Source: Phycisphaerae bacterium
GTDB taxonomy: Bacteria > Planctomycetota > Phycisphaerae > SM23-33
Length of the DNA stretch: 64,000 nt
Assembly (NCBI GenBank): GCA_011050235.1
Contig: DRGC01000051.1
Location: 156,745-220,744 of the forward strand
Direction: 5' to 3'
Shown here one piece after another: positions 28,973 to 37,940 of this stretch. The notes under the pieces are model-generated. The model made no database searches, had not been told where the DNA came from, and saw only the letters and a list, made by a program, of their open reading frames with translations. The stretch's first letter is position 1; each line of letters opens with the position of its first letter. Made by a program: the position numbers and the translations under genes.

Positions 28973-29092
28973 AAAATCCGAAATTCGAATATCGAAATTC
29001 GAAATCCGAATCCTCCAAACCAACACCGACAGACGATGATCGCAGCGATGAGGTCTCGCCGCTGACGTTTGGTGCTTCGAATTTCGGATTTT
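28973..29092. promoter_or_regulatory. AT-rich spacer with three copies of CGAAATTCGAA and a 17-bp long-range inverted repeat (operator cluster or structured RNA)
   Basis: AAAATCCGAAATTCGAA (28973-28989) is the exact reverse complement of TTCGAATTTCGGATTTT (29076-29092). An extra direct copy of CGAAATTCGAA lies at 28993-29003. The 310-bp gap has no credible ORF. Confidence 0.4.
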
Positions 29093-29137
29093 CGACAAGG
29101 TCATCCCGTGCGCCGTGCAATCTGTGTTGGCGAGCCT

Positions 29138-29905
29138 TCACCACAGTAGCGACAAGCATGTCAGGCCGCCGTCCATTTTGCGGAACTCGGACATGTCGAT
29201 CTCTCGGACGTCGCAGCCGATCGACCGCAAGCGTTCGGCCGTTTTGGGAAAGCCTTCCGGCACGAGCAGCATGCCGTTGACGGGCAGGCAGTTGGCGGCG
29301 TAGCTCTCGTCGGGGGCGACGCGGATGATGTCGAAGCCCCCAAAGGCCGCCGCATCGGCCGTCTCATCGGCGGCCAGCAGCGTTCGCTCATTGACGGCCA
29401 CGACGGCCGTCTTCAGATGCAGCGCGCCGCCGACGGTGGCGGTTTGGATCGAATATCCCTGCTCGGTCAGGATATCGGCCAACTGCTGCGCGCCGGGTTC
29501 ATTGGTCCGTTTCGACAGGCCGATGAAGAATCGCTCCCCCACGCGCAGCACGTCGCCGCCGTCGAGCGTGCCGGGGGCCTCGATGCGGCGGATCGGCTTG
29601 GCCGCAGCCAGGACCTCCTCGACGGCATGCTGCTCGCCCGCGCGGGACGGCGCACCCGGGCGGGCGATCACGGCGCATGCCTCGACGACGACGGCGGCAT
29701 CCTCGATGAACACCCCGTCGGGGAACCGCTCGTCGGCATCCAGGACCGTCACCGCAACGCCCGCCTGCTGCAGCGCATCGCAATAGGCGGCGTGCTGGGC
29801 CAGCACGGCGGCATAATCGGGCCGGCCGAGGTCGGCGGTCGTCACGCCGTCACAGAAGTTCTCACCGGGTCGGCGAACGAGTGCGTGTGTGACGGTCGGA
29901 ATCAT
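29138..29905 (-). CDS. Amidinotransferase-fold guanidino-group hydrolase (dimethylarginine dimethylaminohydrolase / arginine deiminase-like)
   Basis: Starts MIPTVTHALVRRP at ATG 29905. Has the HLKT histidine region and the C-terminal catalytic Cys motif DGGLTCLSLL typical of DDAH-family enzymes. Confidence 0.8.
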   Translation of the reverse strand: MIPTVTHALVRRPGENFCDGVTTADLGRPDYAAVLAQHAAYCDALQQAGVAVTVLDADERFPDGVFIEDAAVVVEACAVIARPGAPSRAGEQHAVEEVLAAAKPIRRIEAPGTLDGGDVLRVGERFFIGLSKRTNEPGAQQLADILTEQGYSIQTATVGGALHLKTAVVAVNERTLLAADETADAAAFGGFDIIRVAPDESYAANCLPVNGMLLVPEGFPKTAERLRSIGCDVREIDMSEFRKMDGGLTCLSLLW

Positions 29906-29979
29906 GGGTTGAGCCTTATCGCAGCCGCGTACTATGCAGCCCCCCGCCGTCGGCTTCAAGGCCCGCCCCGCCCGGGCCG

Positions 29980-30007
29980 TTGACTTGCCGCGCCCAACTC
30001 CTACAAT
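29980..30007 (+). promoter_or_regulatory. Candidate sigma-70-type promoter for the M16 peptidase-murD operon
   Basis: TTGACT (29980-29985), 16 nt, TACAAT (30002-30007), 28 nt upstream of ATG 30036. Confidence 0.5.
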
Positions 30008-30035
30008 GCACGCCGTTTGACTGAGCCTCGAGACT

Positions 30036-31280
30036 ATGCCCGACCTTATTCATATCGAACGTTTCGACAACGGCCTGGTGCTGCTGGGCGAGCCGATGGA
30101 CCACGTCTCGTCGGTCTCGCTGACGGTGCGCGTGCCGGTTGGCCCGATCTACGACCCCAGCGGCATGGAGGGCGCCGCCGCCGTCGGCGCGGAGTGGTGG
30201 CTGCGGGGGGCCGGCGACCGCGACACGCGGCAACTCAACGACGCGTTGGACTCGCTGGGCTGTCGCCACGTGGAGGCCGCGGGCGCGAATTTCATCACGT
30301 TCTCAGCCGGCCAGGTCCACCAACGCCTGGACGATGTGCTGAGGCTGTATCACGACATTCTTCTGGCCCCGCGGCTGGACGACGAGGCGTTCGACCCCTG
30401 CCGCAACCTGATCGTCCAGGACCTGCTTTCGCTGGACGACCATCCCGCCCAGAAAGTCAACGTGCTGTGCCGCCAACGGTTCTTCCCCCACCCGCTGGGG
30501 CGATACCATCTGGGCACGGCCGAGTCGCTTGAGGCGATGACGGCCGACGCCGTCCGCGATCATCTGCTGGGCCACTTCTGCCCGGATGGCACGATCATCG
30601 CGGTGGCCGGCAAGATCGACTGGCCGCAGGTGCGCGACCGCATCGAGCAGCACCTGGGTGATTGGCCCGCTCGGCCACAGGCGGAGATTGATACCCAGCC
30701 GGCCACGGGCGGCTTTGAGCACGTGCGGAAAGACACCGCCCAGACGCACCTCGCGCTGGCCCAGCCGTCGGTGACGATGACGGACGGGCACTACTACGCA
30801 GCCCGGGTGGCGGTGTGTGTGCTGTCGGGCGGCATGAGCAGCCGGCTGATGACGGAGGTCCGCGAGAAGCGCGGCCTGGTGTATCGCGTTTCGACGGCCT
30901 ACGGCGGACTGAAGAGCTGCGCCGGCTGGTTCACCTACGCGGGCGCCGTGCCCGAAAAAGCCCGGGAGACGCTGGAGGTCGTCGTCGGCGAGCTGCGGCG
31001 ACTGGGTGAAGGCATCGAGCCGGACGAGCTGGCCCGGGCCAAGACACAACTGAAGAGCGCCACGCTGATGAGCCTGGATATGACCGGCTCGCGCGCGGCG
31101 CGGATGGTGAACGATTTTCACTATCTTGAGCGGGTGCGCACGATCGACGAGATTACGGCTGCGGTCGATGCGATCACGATCGATGACGTGCTGGCGTATC
31201 TGCAGGCGTATCGGGCTGGGGATTTCGTAGGCGTCGTCATCGGCCCCGAGCCGGTGCCGTTAGCCGTTTTCGAGGCGTAG
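30036..31280 (+). CDS. M16 family peptidase subunit lacking the HxxEH zinc motif (non-catalytic partner)
   Basis: Insulinase-like fold signature (FDNGLVLL..., paired domains), but no HxxEH in the N-terminal domain. Confidence 0.8.
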   Translation: MPDLIHIERFDNGLVLLGEPMDHVSSVSLTVRVPVGPIYDPSGMEGAAAVGAEWWLRGAGDRDTRQLNDALDSLGCRHVEAAGANFITFSAGQVHQRLDDVLRLYHDILLAPRLDDEAFDPCRNLIVQDLLSLDDHPAQKVNVLCRQRFFPHPLGRYHLGTAESLEAMTADAVRDHLLGHFCPDGTIIAVAGKIDWPQVRDRIEQHLGDWPARPQAEIDTQPATGGFEHVRKDTAQTHLALAQPSVTMTDGHYYAARVAVCVLSGGMSSRLMTEVREKRGLVYRVSTAYGGLKSCAGWFTYAGAVPEKARETLEVVVGELRRLGEGIEPDELARAKTQLKSATLMSLDMTGSRAARMVNDFHYLERVRTIDEITAAVDAITIDDVLAYLQAYRAGDFVGVVIGPEPVPLAVFEA

Positions 31281-31286
31281 CAAGCG

Positions 31287-32513
31287 ATGGCGTTTCGAGA
31301 GGCACAACTGGATAACGGGTTGACGGTCGTGGCCGAGGTGAACGCCTCGGCGGCGTCGGCGGCGATGGGGTTCTTCGTGCGGACGGGCAGCCGCGACGAA
31401 ACGCCCGACGTCCTGGGCGTCAGCCATTTCCTCGAACACATGATGTTCAAGGGCAACGATCGCTACACCGCCCTCGATCTGAACCGCGCCTTCGACGACC
31501 TCGGCGCCGAATACAACGCCGCCACGTCGCACGAAAAGACGGTCTACTACGGGGCCGTCCTGCCCGAGTATCAACATCCGATGCTGGCGATGCTGTGCGA
31601 ACTGATGGCGCCCTCGTTCCGGCAGGAAGACTTCGATGTCGAGAAGCAAGTCATCCTCGACGAGATCGCCGTTTACGAAGACCAGCCGGCCTGGAAGACC
31701 TACAAGCATCTGATGGAAGCGTATTTCCACGGGCACCCGTTGGGCAACGACGTGCTGGGGACGACCGAGTCGATCACGGCGATGACGCGCGACGCCATGG
31801 AGGCCTATCGCCGCAAGCACTACGCCCCGGCCAGCATCACCGTCGTCGGGGCCGGGAGGGTCGACTTCGACGCGATGGTCGCCCAGATCGGCGAGACCTG
31901 CGGCCATTGGGCCGGCGGGGCCGAGACCCATCCCGTGCCGCCCTCGCCCGATCACCAGTCGACGACAATCCTCACCGACGCCAATATCCAGCGCCAGCAC
32001 CTGGGGCTGATGTCGCCGGCGCCGTCGGAGCAGGACGACGAGCGTTACGCGGCCGAACTGGCGTCGGCGATTCTGGGCGATGTGACGAACAGCCGGCTGT
32101 ACTACGCGCTGATCGATCCGGCGCTGGCTGATGAGGCCCACGTGATCTACGAGGGGCTCGACGGCGTGGGTGCGATGTTCACCTACATCTCGTGCGATCC
32201 GGATCGCGCCGGCGAGGTGCTGCAGATTCTTCGCAACCAGTTCGCCCGCTTCCAGGCCGACGGGCCCACCGAAGCCGAGCTGACGGCGGCCAAGAACAAG
32301 CTGGCCTCGGGGGCGACGCTCGCCGCCGAGTCGTCCATGCGACGGCTGATGGGCGTCGGCAACGATCTGTTCTATCGTCACCACTACACATCCCTCGAAC
32401 AGGACGTGCAGGACCTGATGGCCGTCACGGGCAAGCAGGTCCACCAGGTAACACGGCAGTGGGACCTGTCGGCTTCAACCCTGGTGACCCTGGGGCCATT
32501 GGAATCGCTATGA
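31287..32513 (+). CDS. M16 family zinc peptidase (catalytic subunit)
   Basis: LDNGLTVV...GSRDE...GVSHFLEHMMFKG carries the inverted zinc motif HFLEH. Confidence 0.85.
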   Translation: MAFREAQLDNGLTVVAEVNASAASAAMGFFVRTGSRDETPDVLGVSHFLEHMMFKGNDRYTALDLNRAFDDLGAEYNAATSHEKTVYYGAVLPEYQHPMLAMLCELMAPSFRQEDFDVEKQVILDEIAVYEDQPAWKTYKHLMEAYFHGHPLGNDVLGTTESITAMTRDAMEAYRRKHYAPASITVVGAGRVDFDAMVAQIGETCGHWAGGAETHPVPPSPDHQSTTILTDANIQRQHLGLMSPAPSEQDDERYAAELASAILGDVTNSRLYYALIDPALADEAHVIYEGLDGVGAMFTYISCDPDRAGEVLQILRNQFARFQADGPTEAELTAAKNKLASGATLAAESSMRRLMGVGNDLFYRHHYTSLEQDVQDLMAVTGKQVHQVTRQWDLSASTLVTLGPLESL

Positions 32514-33832
32514 CGACGAAGCCTTCATCGCAGCCGATGCAGCTGCGCGGTCGGCGAGTGACGGTTGTGGGGTTGGGGCGTTTCGGCGGGGGCATCGGCG
32601 CGGTTCGCTGGCTGTGCGGGCAAGGGGCGAGTGTGACCGTTTCCGATAAAGCCGACCGGGCCGCACTGGCCGATTCGATCGCCCAACTGGCCGACTGCGA
32701 CGTTGAGCTTCATCTGGGCGGCCACGACGAGGCGGACTTTGTCGAGGCCGATCTGCTGGTCGTCAGCCCGGCCGTCCCGCCCGATTTGCCCCCCCTCCAG
32801 GCCGCCGCAGCCGCCGGCGTCGCTCGGACCACGGAGATCAATCTGCTGCTTCAGCGATGCGAGGCGCGGGTGGTCGGCATCACCGGATCGGTGGGCAAGT
32901 CGACCACGACGGCGATGACGGGCGAAATCCTAGGCGGCGCCTTCACGGCGCACGTGGGCGGCAACATCGGCGGCAGCCTGCTGGAGGCGCTGGAAACGAT
33001 CGCGCCTGACCACGTGGTCGTGATGGAACTCAGCAGCTTCCAACTGGCCGATCTGCCGCAGGTCGCCATCAGCCCGACCGTGGCGGTGGTGACCAACCTT
33101 CAGCCCAACCATCTGGACCGTCACGGCGACATGGCGTCCTACGCGGCGGCCAAGAAGAACATCTTCGCCTTCCAGCGCGCCGACGACGTGTTGGTGCTGA
33201 ACCGGGCCGACCCGGTCATGAGCGATTGGGCGGCCGAGGCGCCGGGAAAAGTCGAGTGGTTCGACCCGACGGATGAGCCGTTCGACCTGATCGTGCCCGG
33301 CCTGCACAATCAGGCCAACGCGCAGGCGGCCTGGGCGGCGGCGCGGCAGTTCGGTGTGGCTCGCGATACGGCGGCGGCAGCGCTGAAGGGTTTTTCCGGC
33401 CTGCCGCATCGGCTGCAGTTCGTCGTCAGGCGCGACGGCATGAGCTACGTCAACGATTCCAAGTGCACCACGCCGGCCGGGACGATCGTGGCGATGGAGG
33501 CGTTCGGGCCTCGCGGCTGCATCGTCATCGTCGGCGGCAGTGACAAGGGGATCGACTTCGACAACCTGGGGGCCGCCCTCGCCGGGCGAGCCAAAGGCGT
33601 GGTAACAATGGGCCCCACCGGCCCGGCCATCGCAGCCGCCGTCGAGGCCCACCGCACCGGCGATCTGCCGATTGTCCGAAATGCCCCGGACCTGGCCGCC
33701 GCCGTCGAACACGCTCGTAAGTTGGCCAGCGCGGACGATATCGTCCTGCTCTCCCCAGCCTGCGCGAGCTTCGACCAGTTCGACAACTACGAGCGCCGCG
33801 GCGAAGCCTTCGTCCGCCTGGTAACGGCGTAG
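32510..33832 (+). CDS. murD: UDP-N-acetylmuramoylalanine--D-glutamate ligase
   Basis: ATG 32510 overlaps the M16 stop (ATGA). Has VVGLGRFGGG Rossmann motif, Mur ligase P-loop GITGSVGKSTT, and the SPACASFDQFDNYERRG C-terminus. Confidence 0.9.
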   Translation: MTTKPSSQPMQLRGRRVTVVGLGRFGGGIGAVRWLCGQGASVTVSDKADRAALADSIAQLADCDVELHLGGHDEADFVEADLLVVSPAVPPDLPPLQAAAAAGVARTTEINLLLQRCEARVVGITGSVGKSTTTAMTGEILGGAFTAHVGGNIGGSLLEALETIAPDHVVVMELSSFQLADLPQVAISPTVAVVTNLQPNHLDRHGDMASYAAAKKNIFAFQRADDVLVLNRADPVMSDWAAEAPGKVEWFDPTDEPFDLIVPGLHNQANAQAAWAAARQFGVARDTAAAALKGFSGLPHRLQFVVRRDGMSYVNDSKCTTPAGTIVAMEAFGPRGCIVIVGGSDKGIDFDNLGAALAGRAKGVVTMGPTGPAIAAAVEAHRTGDLPIVRNAPDLAAAVEHARKLASADDIVLLSPACASFDQFDNYERRGEAFVRLVTA

Positions 33833-33869
33833 GGATTCGCCGCGATCGCTTTCAGAGAGGAGTGTTGAG

Positions 33870-35006
33870 GTGACGGTGTCATCATCCTACAAGCGGGACC
33901 TGCGACGTCGCATGCAGCGTTGGCGGGAGTTCTATGAGCGCACGGACGCCGGCGACTTGATGACATGCGTGGGGTGGGACCGGGGGTGCGATCTGGAAGG
34001 CTTCCTGTGCCGCAATTTCCTCGACCGCGGCGCCGAGGCGATGCTGGGTGAAGGCTTCATCGACGGGCTGATCGAGGGGTATGTCGCGGAGTTTCGCTGC
34101 AACGCGCCGAACCTCGCCCGGTTCGACGACGATTGCGTGCCGACGGCGCTGGTCTACTGGGGCATCGGCGGCATCGCGGCGGCCATGACCGGCGGCGAGC
34201 CCTTTCATGACGGCACGACCAGTTGGCTCGAACCCAACCTCGATTGGGACCGGATCGCCGAGCTTCGATTCGATCCGAACAACAAGTGGGTGCAGTTCGC
34301 CCTGCACGTCAACCAGGCCCTGTGGCGGCGGTGGGATGAGGATTTTCACGTCCTGCCGTTCCTGCACCGCTCGCCGCTGGACGCCGCCAACGGCATTCGC
34401 GGGACCGCGCTGTTCGAAGAGATGTACACCGACCCCCCCGCCGTCCATCGCCTGATCGATTGGTGCGTCGACTGGCAACTGCAACTGGAGGCGTTTCTCC
34501 ATGACAACGACGATCGCCCCTTCCCGCCCGGCTGGGGCACGGCCGTCTGGACGACATGGCTTCCGGACCGGGCGATCTTCATCAACGGCGACCCGGTCGG
34601 GCTCATCAGCCGCGAGATGGCGCTGGAGTTCGAACAACCCACCACCGCTCGATTGTTCGCAGGCACGGGGGGCGGCTTCTACCACAACCACACCATCGGC
34701 CTGTACCAGACCGACTTGGTCGCCAAGACGCCGGGGACGCTGATACAGTTCTTCGTCGACGACCCGCGCCAGCCGACGGCGGCTGAGGCGCTGCTGGACA
34801 TGCCCGAGTTGCGGGAGACACTGCTGGCGTCGTCTCTGGAGACGCCGATCGGGCTGGGCGTGCCCGTCGGCCGGCTGGACGAGGTGCTGGACGTTGCCCG
34901 TCACGGGCGATTTCTCCTGGTGCTCTCGGATGCGGATGAATCCGCCGGCGACGCGGCGATCCAGGAGCTGGTGAGCAAGGTCCGCGGGGTGAGCAACCTC
35001 CACTGA
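33870..35006 (+). CDS. Hypothetical protein (function unknown)
   Basis: 378-aa ORF with a GTG start after GGAG and protein-like composition. The opposite-strand shadow ORF is Arg/Pro/Gly-rich. No motif I can assign. Confidence 0.5.
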   Translation: MTVSSSYKRDLRRRMQRWREFYERTDAGDLMTCVGWDRGCDLEGFLCRNFLDRGAEAMLGEGFIDGLIEGYVAEFRCNAPNLARFDDDCVPTALVYWGIGGIAAAMTGGEPFHDGTTSWLEPNLDWDRIAELRFDPNNKWVQFALHVNQALWRRWDEDFHVLPFLHRSPLDAANGIRGTALFEEMYTDPPAVHRLIDWCVDWQLQLEAFLHDNDDRPFPPGWGTAVWTTWLPDRAIFINGDPVGLISREMALEFEQPTTARLFAGTGGGFYHNHTIGLYQTDLVAKTPGTLIQFFVDDPRQPTAAEALLDMPELRETLLASSLETPIGLGVPVGRLDEVLDVARHGRFLLVLSDADESAGDAAIQELVSKVRGVSNLH

Positions 35007-35030
35007 TCCCCCTCCCTGTTGGGCGACCCG

Positions 35031-36461
35031 TCAGACCTTCAGGTCGGCGTCGGCCCCGAGGGAGTCGCCGTAGCGGCGGCGAATGGGCTCGACGTCCTGT
35101 TGGAGGAACTCGTCGACCTGCTGGGGCGCTCGGCCGATGAAGGCCGTCGGGTCGAGCAGCGCGTCGATGTCGATATCCTTGAAGGCATCATCGCCCTTGA
35201 GGCGGTCGAGCAGATCGTTGGCCAGGCCGGCCTTGATCTGATCGGCGGCGGCGTGGCTGTGCAGGCGGACCCGTTCGTGGAGGTCCTGGCGGTCGCCGCC
35301 GGCCTTGACGGCGGCCATGATAAGGTTCTCGGTAGCCATGAACGGCAGCTCGGCCCGAACGTTCGCCTCGATAACGGCCGGATGAACGACGAGCCCTCGC
35401 GCGACGTTCAGGACGATCCGCACGATCGCGTCGGCCGTCAGAAACGCCTCGGGAATCGCCAGCCGCTTGTTGGCCGAATCGTCCAGCGTCCGCTCCAGCC
35501 ACTGCTCGGCGGCCGTCAACAGCGGACTGGCCGAGATCGTTATCAACCACCGCGCCAGGGCGGTCGCCCGCTCGCACCGCATCGGGTTTCGCTTGTAGGC
35601 CATCGCACTCGAGCCGACTTGCGTGGACTCGAAGGGCTCTTCCAACTCCCGCCGGTGGGCGAGCAGGCGGACGTCGTTGGCGAACTTGTGGACCGATGCG
35701 CCCACACCGGCCAGCGCGGCGGCAATGGCGGCGTCGACCTTGCGGCTGTAGGTTTGGCCCGTCACGGTGCAGGTCGTCTCGAACCCCATGGCCTTGGCGA
35801 CGAGCTTGTCGAGCTTGACGACTTTCTTGTGGTCGCCGTCGAACAGCGCCAAGAAGCTCGCCTGCGTGCCGGTCGTGCCCTTGACGCCGCGGAAGGTCAG
35901 AGTCTGGAGGCGATGCTCGATCTCCACCAGGTCGGCGGTGAAATCGGCCGCCCACACGGCCGCCCGCTTGCCGACGGTCGTCAACTGGGCGGGCTGAAAG
36001 TGCGTAAAGGCCAAACACGGCAGATCGCGATACCGCTGGGCGAACTCGCCCAGCGCGTCGACGGTGCTGGCCAGCAGGCCGGCGATCTGCGTCAGCCCTT
36101 GGCGCATCAGGATCAGGTCGGTGTTGTCGACGACGAACTGGCTGGTCGCCCCGAGGTGGATGATGGGTCTGGCCGCCGGGGCCGCCTCGCCGAAGGTGTG
36201 CACGTGGGCCATCACGTCGTGGCGGAGTGCTTTTTCGTGCTCAGCGGCCCTGTCGAAGTCGATGTCGTCGAGGTGGGCGGCCATCTCGTCGAGCTGCTTC
36301 TGCGAGATGTCCAGCCCGAGTTGCTTCTGGGCGTCGGCCAGCACCAGCCAGAGACGCCGCCAGGTGGAGAACTTCCGCTGGGCGCTGAACAGCTCTCGCA
36401 TCTGCCGGCCGGCATAGCGAGTCTCGAGCGGGCTGGTATAAACCAGATGGGTATCGCTCAT
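35031..36461 (-). CDS. purB: Adenylosuccinate lyase
   Basis: Starts [26 protein letters not shown] at ATG 36461. Has [12 protein letters not shown] and the fumarate-lyase signature [11 protein letters not shown]. Confidence 0.9.
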   Translation of the reverse strand: MSDTHLVYTSPLETRYAGRQMRELFSAQRKFSTWRRLWLVLADAQKQLGLDISQKQLDEMAAHLDDIDFDRAAEHEKALRHDVMAHVHTFGEAAPAARPIIHLGATSQFVVDNTDLILMRQGLTQIAGLLASTVDALGEFAQRYRDLPCLAFTHFQPAQLTTVGKRAAVWAADFTADLVEIEHRLQTLTFRGVKGTTGTQASFLALFDGDHKKVVKLDKLVAKAMGFETTCTVTGQTYSRKVDAAIAAALAGVGASVHKFANDVRLLAHRRELEEPFESTQVGSSAMAYKRNPMRCERATALARWLITISASPLLTAAEQWLERTLDDSANKRLAIPEAFLTADAIVRIVLNVARGLVVHPAVIEANVRAELPFMATENLIMAAVKAGGDRQDLHERVRLHSHAAADQIKAGLANDLLDRLKGDDAFKDIDIDALLDPTAFIGRAPQQVDEFLQQDVEPIRRRYGDSLGADADLKV

Positions 36462-36538
36462 AATCCAGATTTTAGCAACTTCGCCGGCCGCTGTCACCCC
36501 TGGCCCGGGGGGGCAAGGGAATACTACAATTAGAGTGT

Positions 36539-36904
36539 ATGCCTGAGGAGTTTGTCATCCTGTGCCACAGCGGCTACGGGCCGGTGCACTACGACCTGAT
36601 GCTGCGAACCGGCGATGTGCTGGCGACGTGGCAGTTGGCGGCCGACCCGTGCGGGCTGGCGAAGGGGCAATCGCTGCCGGCCAAGCGGCTGGCCGACCAT
36701 CGGATGGGCTACTTGGCATACGAGGGGCCGGTCAACAAGGACCGCGGGCGCGTGGACCGCGTCGACATCGGCACCTACGAGCGCACGGTCGAGCAGCCGG
36801 ATCGGTGGGTCGTCGACCTGGCCGGTGCGAAAATGAAGGACACGTTCGAACTGCAGTGCGAAGACCCCCAGCGCAATGCGTGGCGCCTGACGCGCGTGAG
36901 CTAG
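36539..36904 (+). CDS. Stand-alone LigD 3-prime-phosphoesterase-like (LigD_N) domain protein
   Basis: [19 protein letters not shown]...LATWQL...[12 protein letters not shown]...[12 protein letters not shown] parallels the LigD PE domain pattern (HYDLRLE, W.vPKG, H.leY..FEG, G.V..wD.G.Y). Confidence 0.6.
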   Translation: MPEEFVILCHSGYGPVHYDLMLRTGDVLATWQLAADPCGLAKGQSLPAKRLADHRMGYLAYEGPVNKDRGRVDRVDIGTYERTVEQPDRWVVDLAGAKMKDTFELQCEDPQRNAWRLTRVS

Positions 36905-36913
36905 CAGAAGGCG

Positions 36914-37732
36914 TCAGTCGTCGTCCTTCTCCTCGTCCTTATCCTTTCCCCTCAGAACAGGGACAAGGTCGAGCGTGAGTTGGCCGGGCTCGATAATGAT
37001 ATCCCGCAGGCGGACGCGGCGATCGCCGAAGATGCGGATGTAATGGACGGGCAGCGGCTCTTCATCGATGGCCAGGATCAGTGAGGCCATCAGTTCTTCG
37101 ACCTGGATGAGCTTGAGCATAATAATGCCTCTGCGACTGCCGCGAAGCTCGGGTTTGGGGGCCCTGGCCAGCCGGTCAAGGCGCTTCTTCAGGGCGGCCT
37201 TGAACTGTCGCAAGCGGGAGCGAACGGCCAGCCGCGGCACCGGCAGCAGGCCGATGCGCGTGTCTGTCAGTACAACTCGCAGATGCCCATCATCGGTCAT
37301 GCGCAGTTCCAGGTCGGCCGAAAGCACCTTGCCGTACTCGTTGGACTTCAACATGATCGTCAGTCCGTCGTCCCGGAGATTGACGACCGGCCCCGTCAGC
37401 CCGGCGGTGTCCAGCACCTTGTCCACCTCGCCTCGTTTCCTCCCTGCCTGAAGGAATACAATCTCGTCGATCGACGCCAGGTAGTGGTTCAGGTCCTCTT
37501 CCCGCAGGACCCACGTGTAAGGTTCGGTCCACTGGCCCTTGTTGGAGAACTCCTGGCTGGCTCGGACGAAGTGCTTGGCCCATGCTTCCTGCTGGCTCTG
37601 GGTGAGTTGGGGCGGACGATAAGAGGCCGGCTGCCAACTGGCCAGCAGGTACAGCGCCGCAGCCGCCAGCGCCGTCATCATCGCCGCCCAGCGGAGTGCG
37701 GTCAGCAGGGATCGTTTCCAGCGTTGGGTCAT
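36914..37732 (-). CDS. Hypothetical single-pass membrane protein with an acidic C-terminal tail
   Basis: ATG 37732 (MTQRWKRSLLTALRWAAMMTALAAAALYLL TM helix). The C-terminus is RGKDKDEEKDDD. Confidence 0.5.
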   Translation of the reverse strand: MTQRWKRSLLTALRWAAMMTALAAAALYLLASWQPASYRPPQLTQSQQEAWAKHFVRASQEFSNKGQWTEPYTWVLREEDLNHYLASIDEIVFLQAGRKRGEVDKVLDTAGLTGPVVNLRDDGLTIMLKSNEYGKVLSADLELRMTDDGHLRVVLTDTRIGLLPVPRLAVRSRLRQFKAALKKRLDRLARAPKPELRGSRRGIIMLKLIQVEELMASLILAIDEEPLPVHYIRIFGDRRVRLRDIIIEPGQLTLDLVPVLRGKDKDEEKDDD

Positions 37733-37826
37733 CGCGGCGTCCGAAAGCCCACGAACGGGCCGAAACAGTGTGCGCGATCGAGAGGCCCGGCACAAGCATT
37801 CGGCCGGGGCGAGGGGCGAAAGCTTG

Positions 37827-37856
37827 TTGACGAGACCGCAAACGCGCGCCTACAAT
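37827..37856 (+). promoter_or_regulatory. Candidate sigma-70-type promoter for ino1
   Basis: TTGACG (37827-37832), 18 nt, TACAAT (37851-37856). This leaves an approx 80-nt leader containing the hairpin CGCAAG-GCGT-CTTGCG. Confidence 0.5.
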
Positions 37857-37940
37857 TCGGCTGTCTGAGGATGACGAGCATATTCGCCGGCGGACGCAAG
37901 GCGTCTTGCGCTGTCGGCATTTCGAACAGGGAAGAGCTCC

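Noticed and set aside
28835-29159. Small ORFs (69-89 aa) within the AT-rich spacer of the arginine cluster
   Set aside because: The translations (e.g. ...RIRISNFDIRISDFWH...) simply mirror the DNA repeats. They have no RBS and no protein-like composition, so the region was treated as non-coding.
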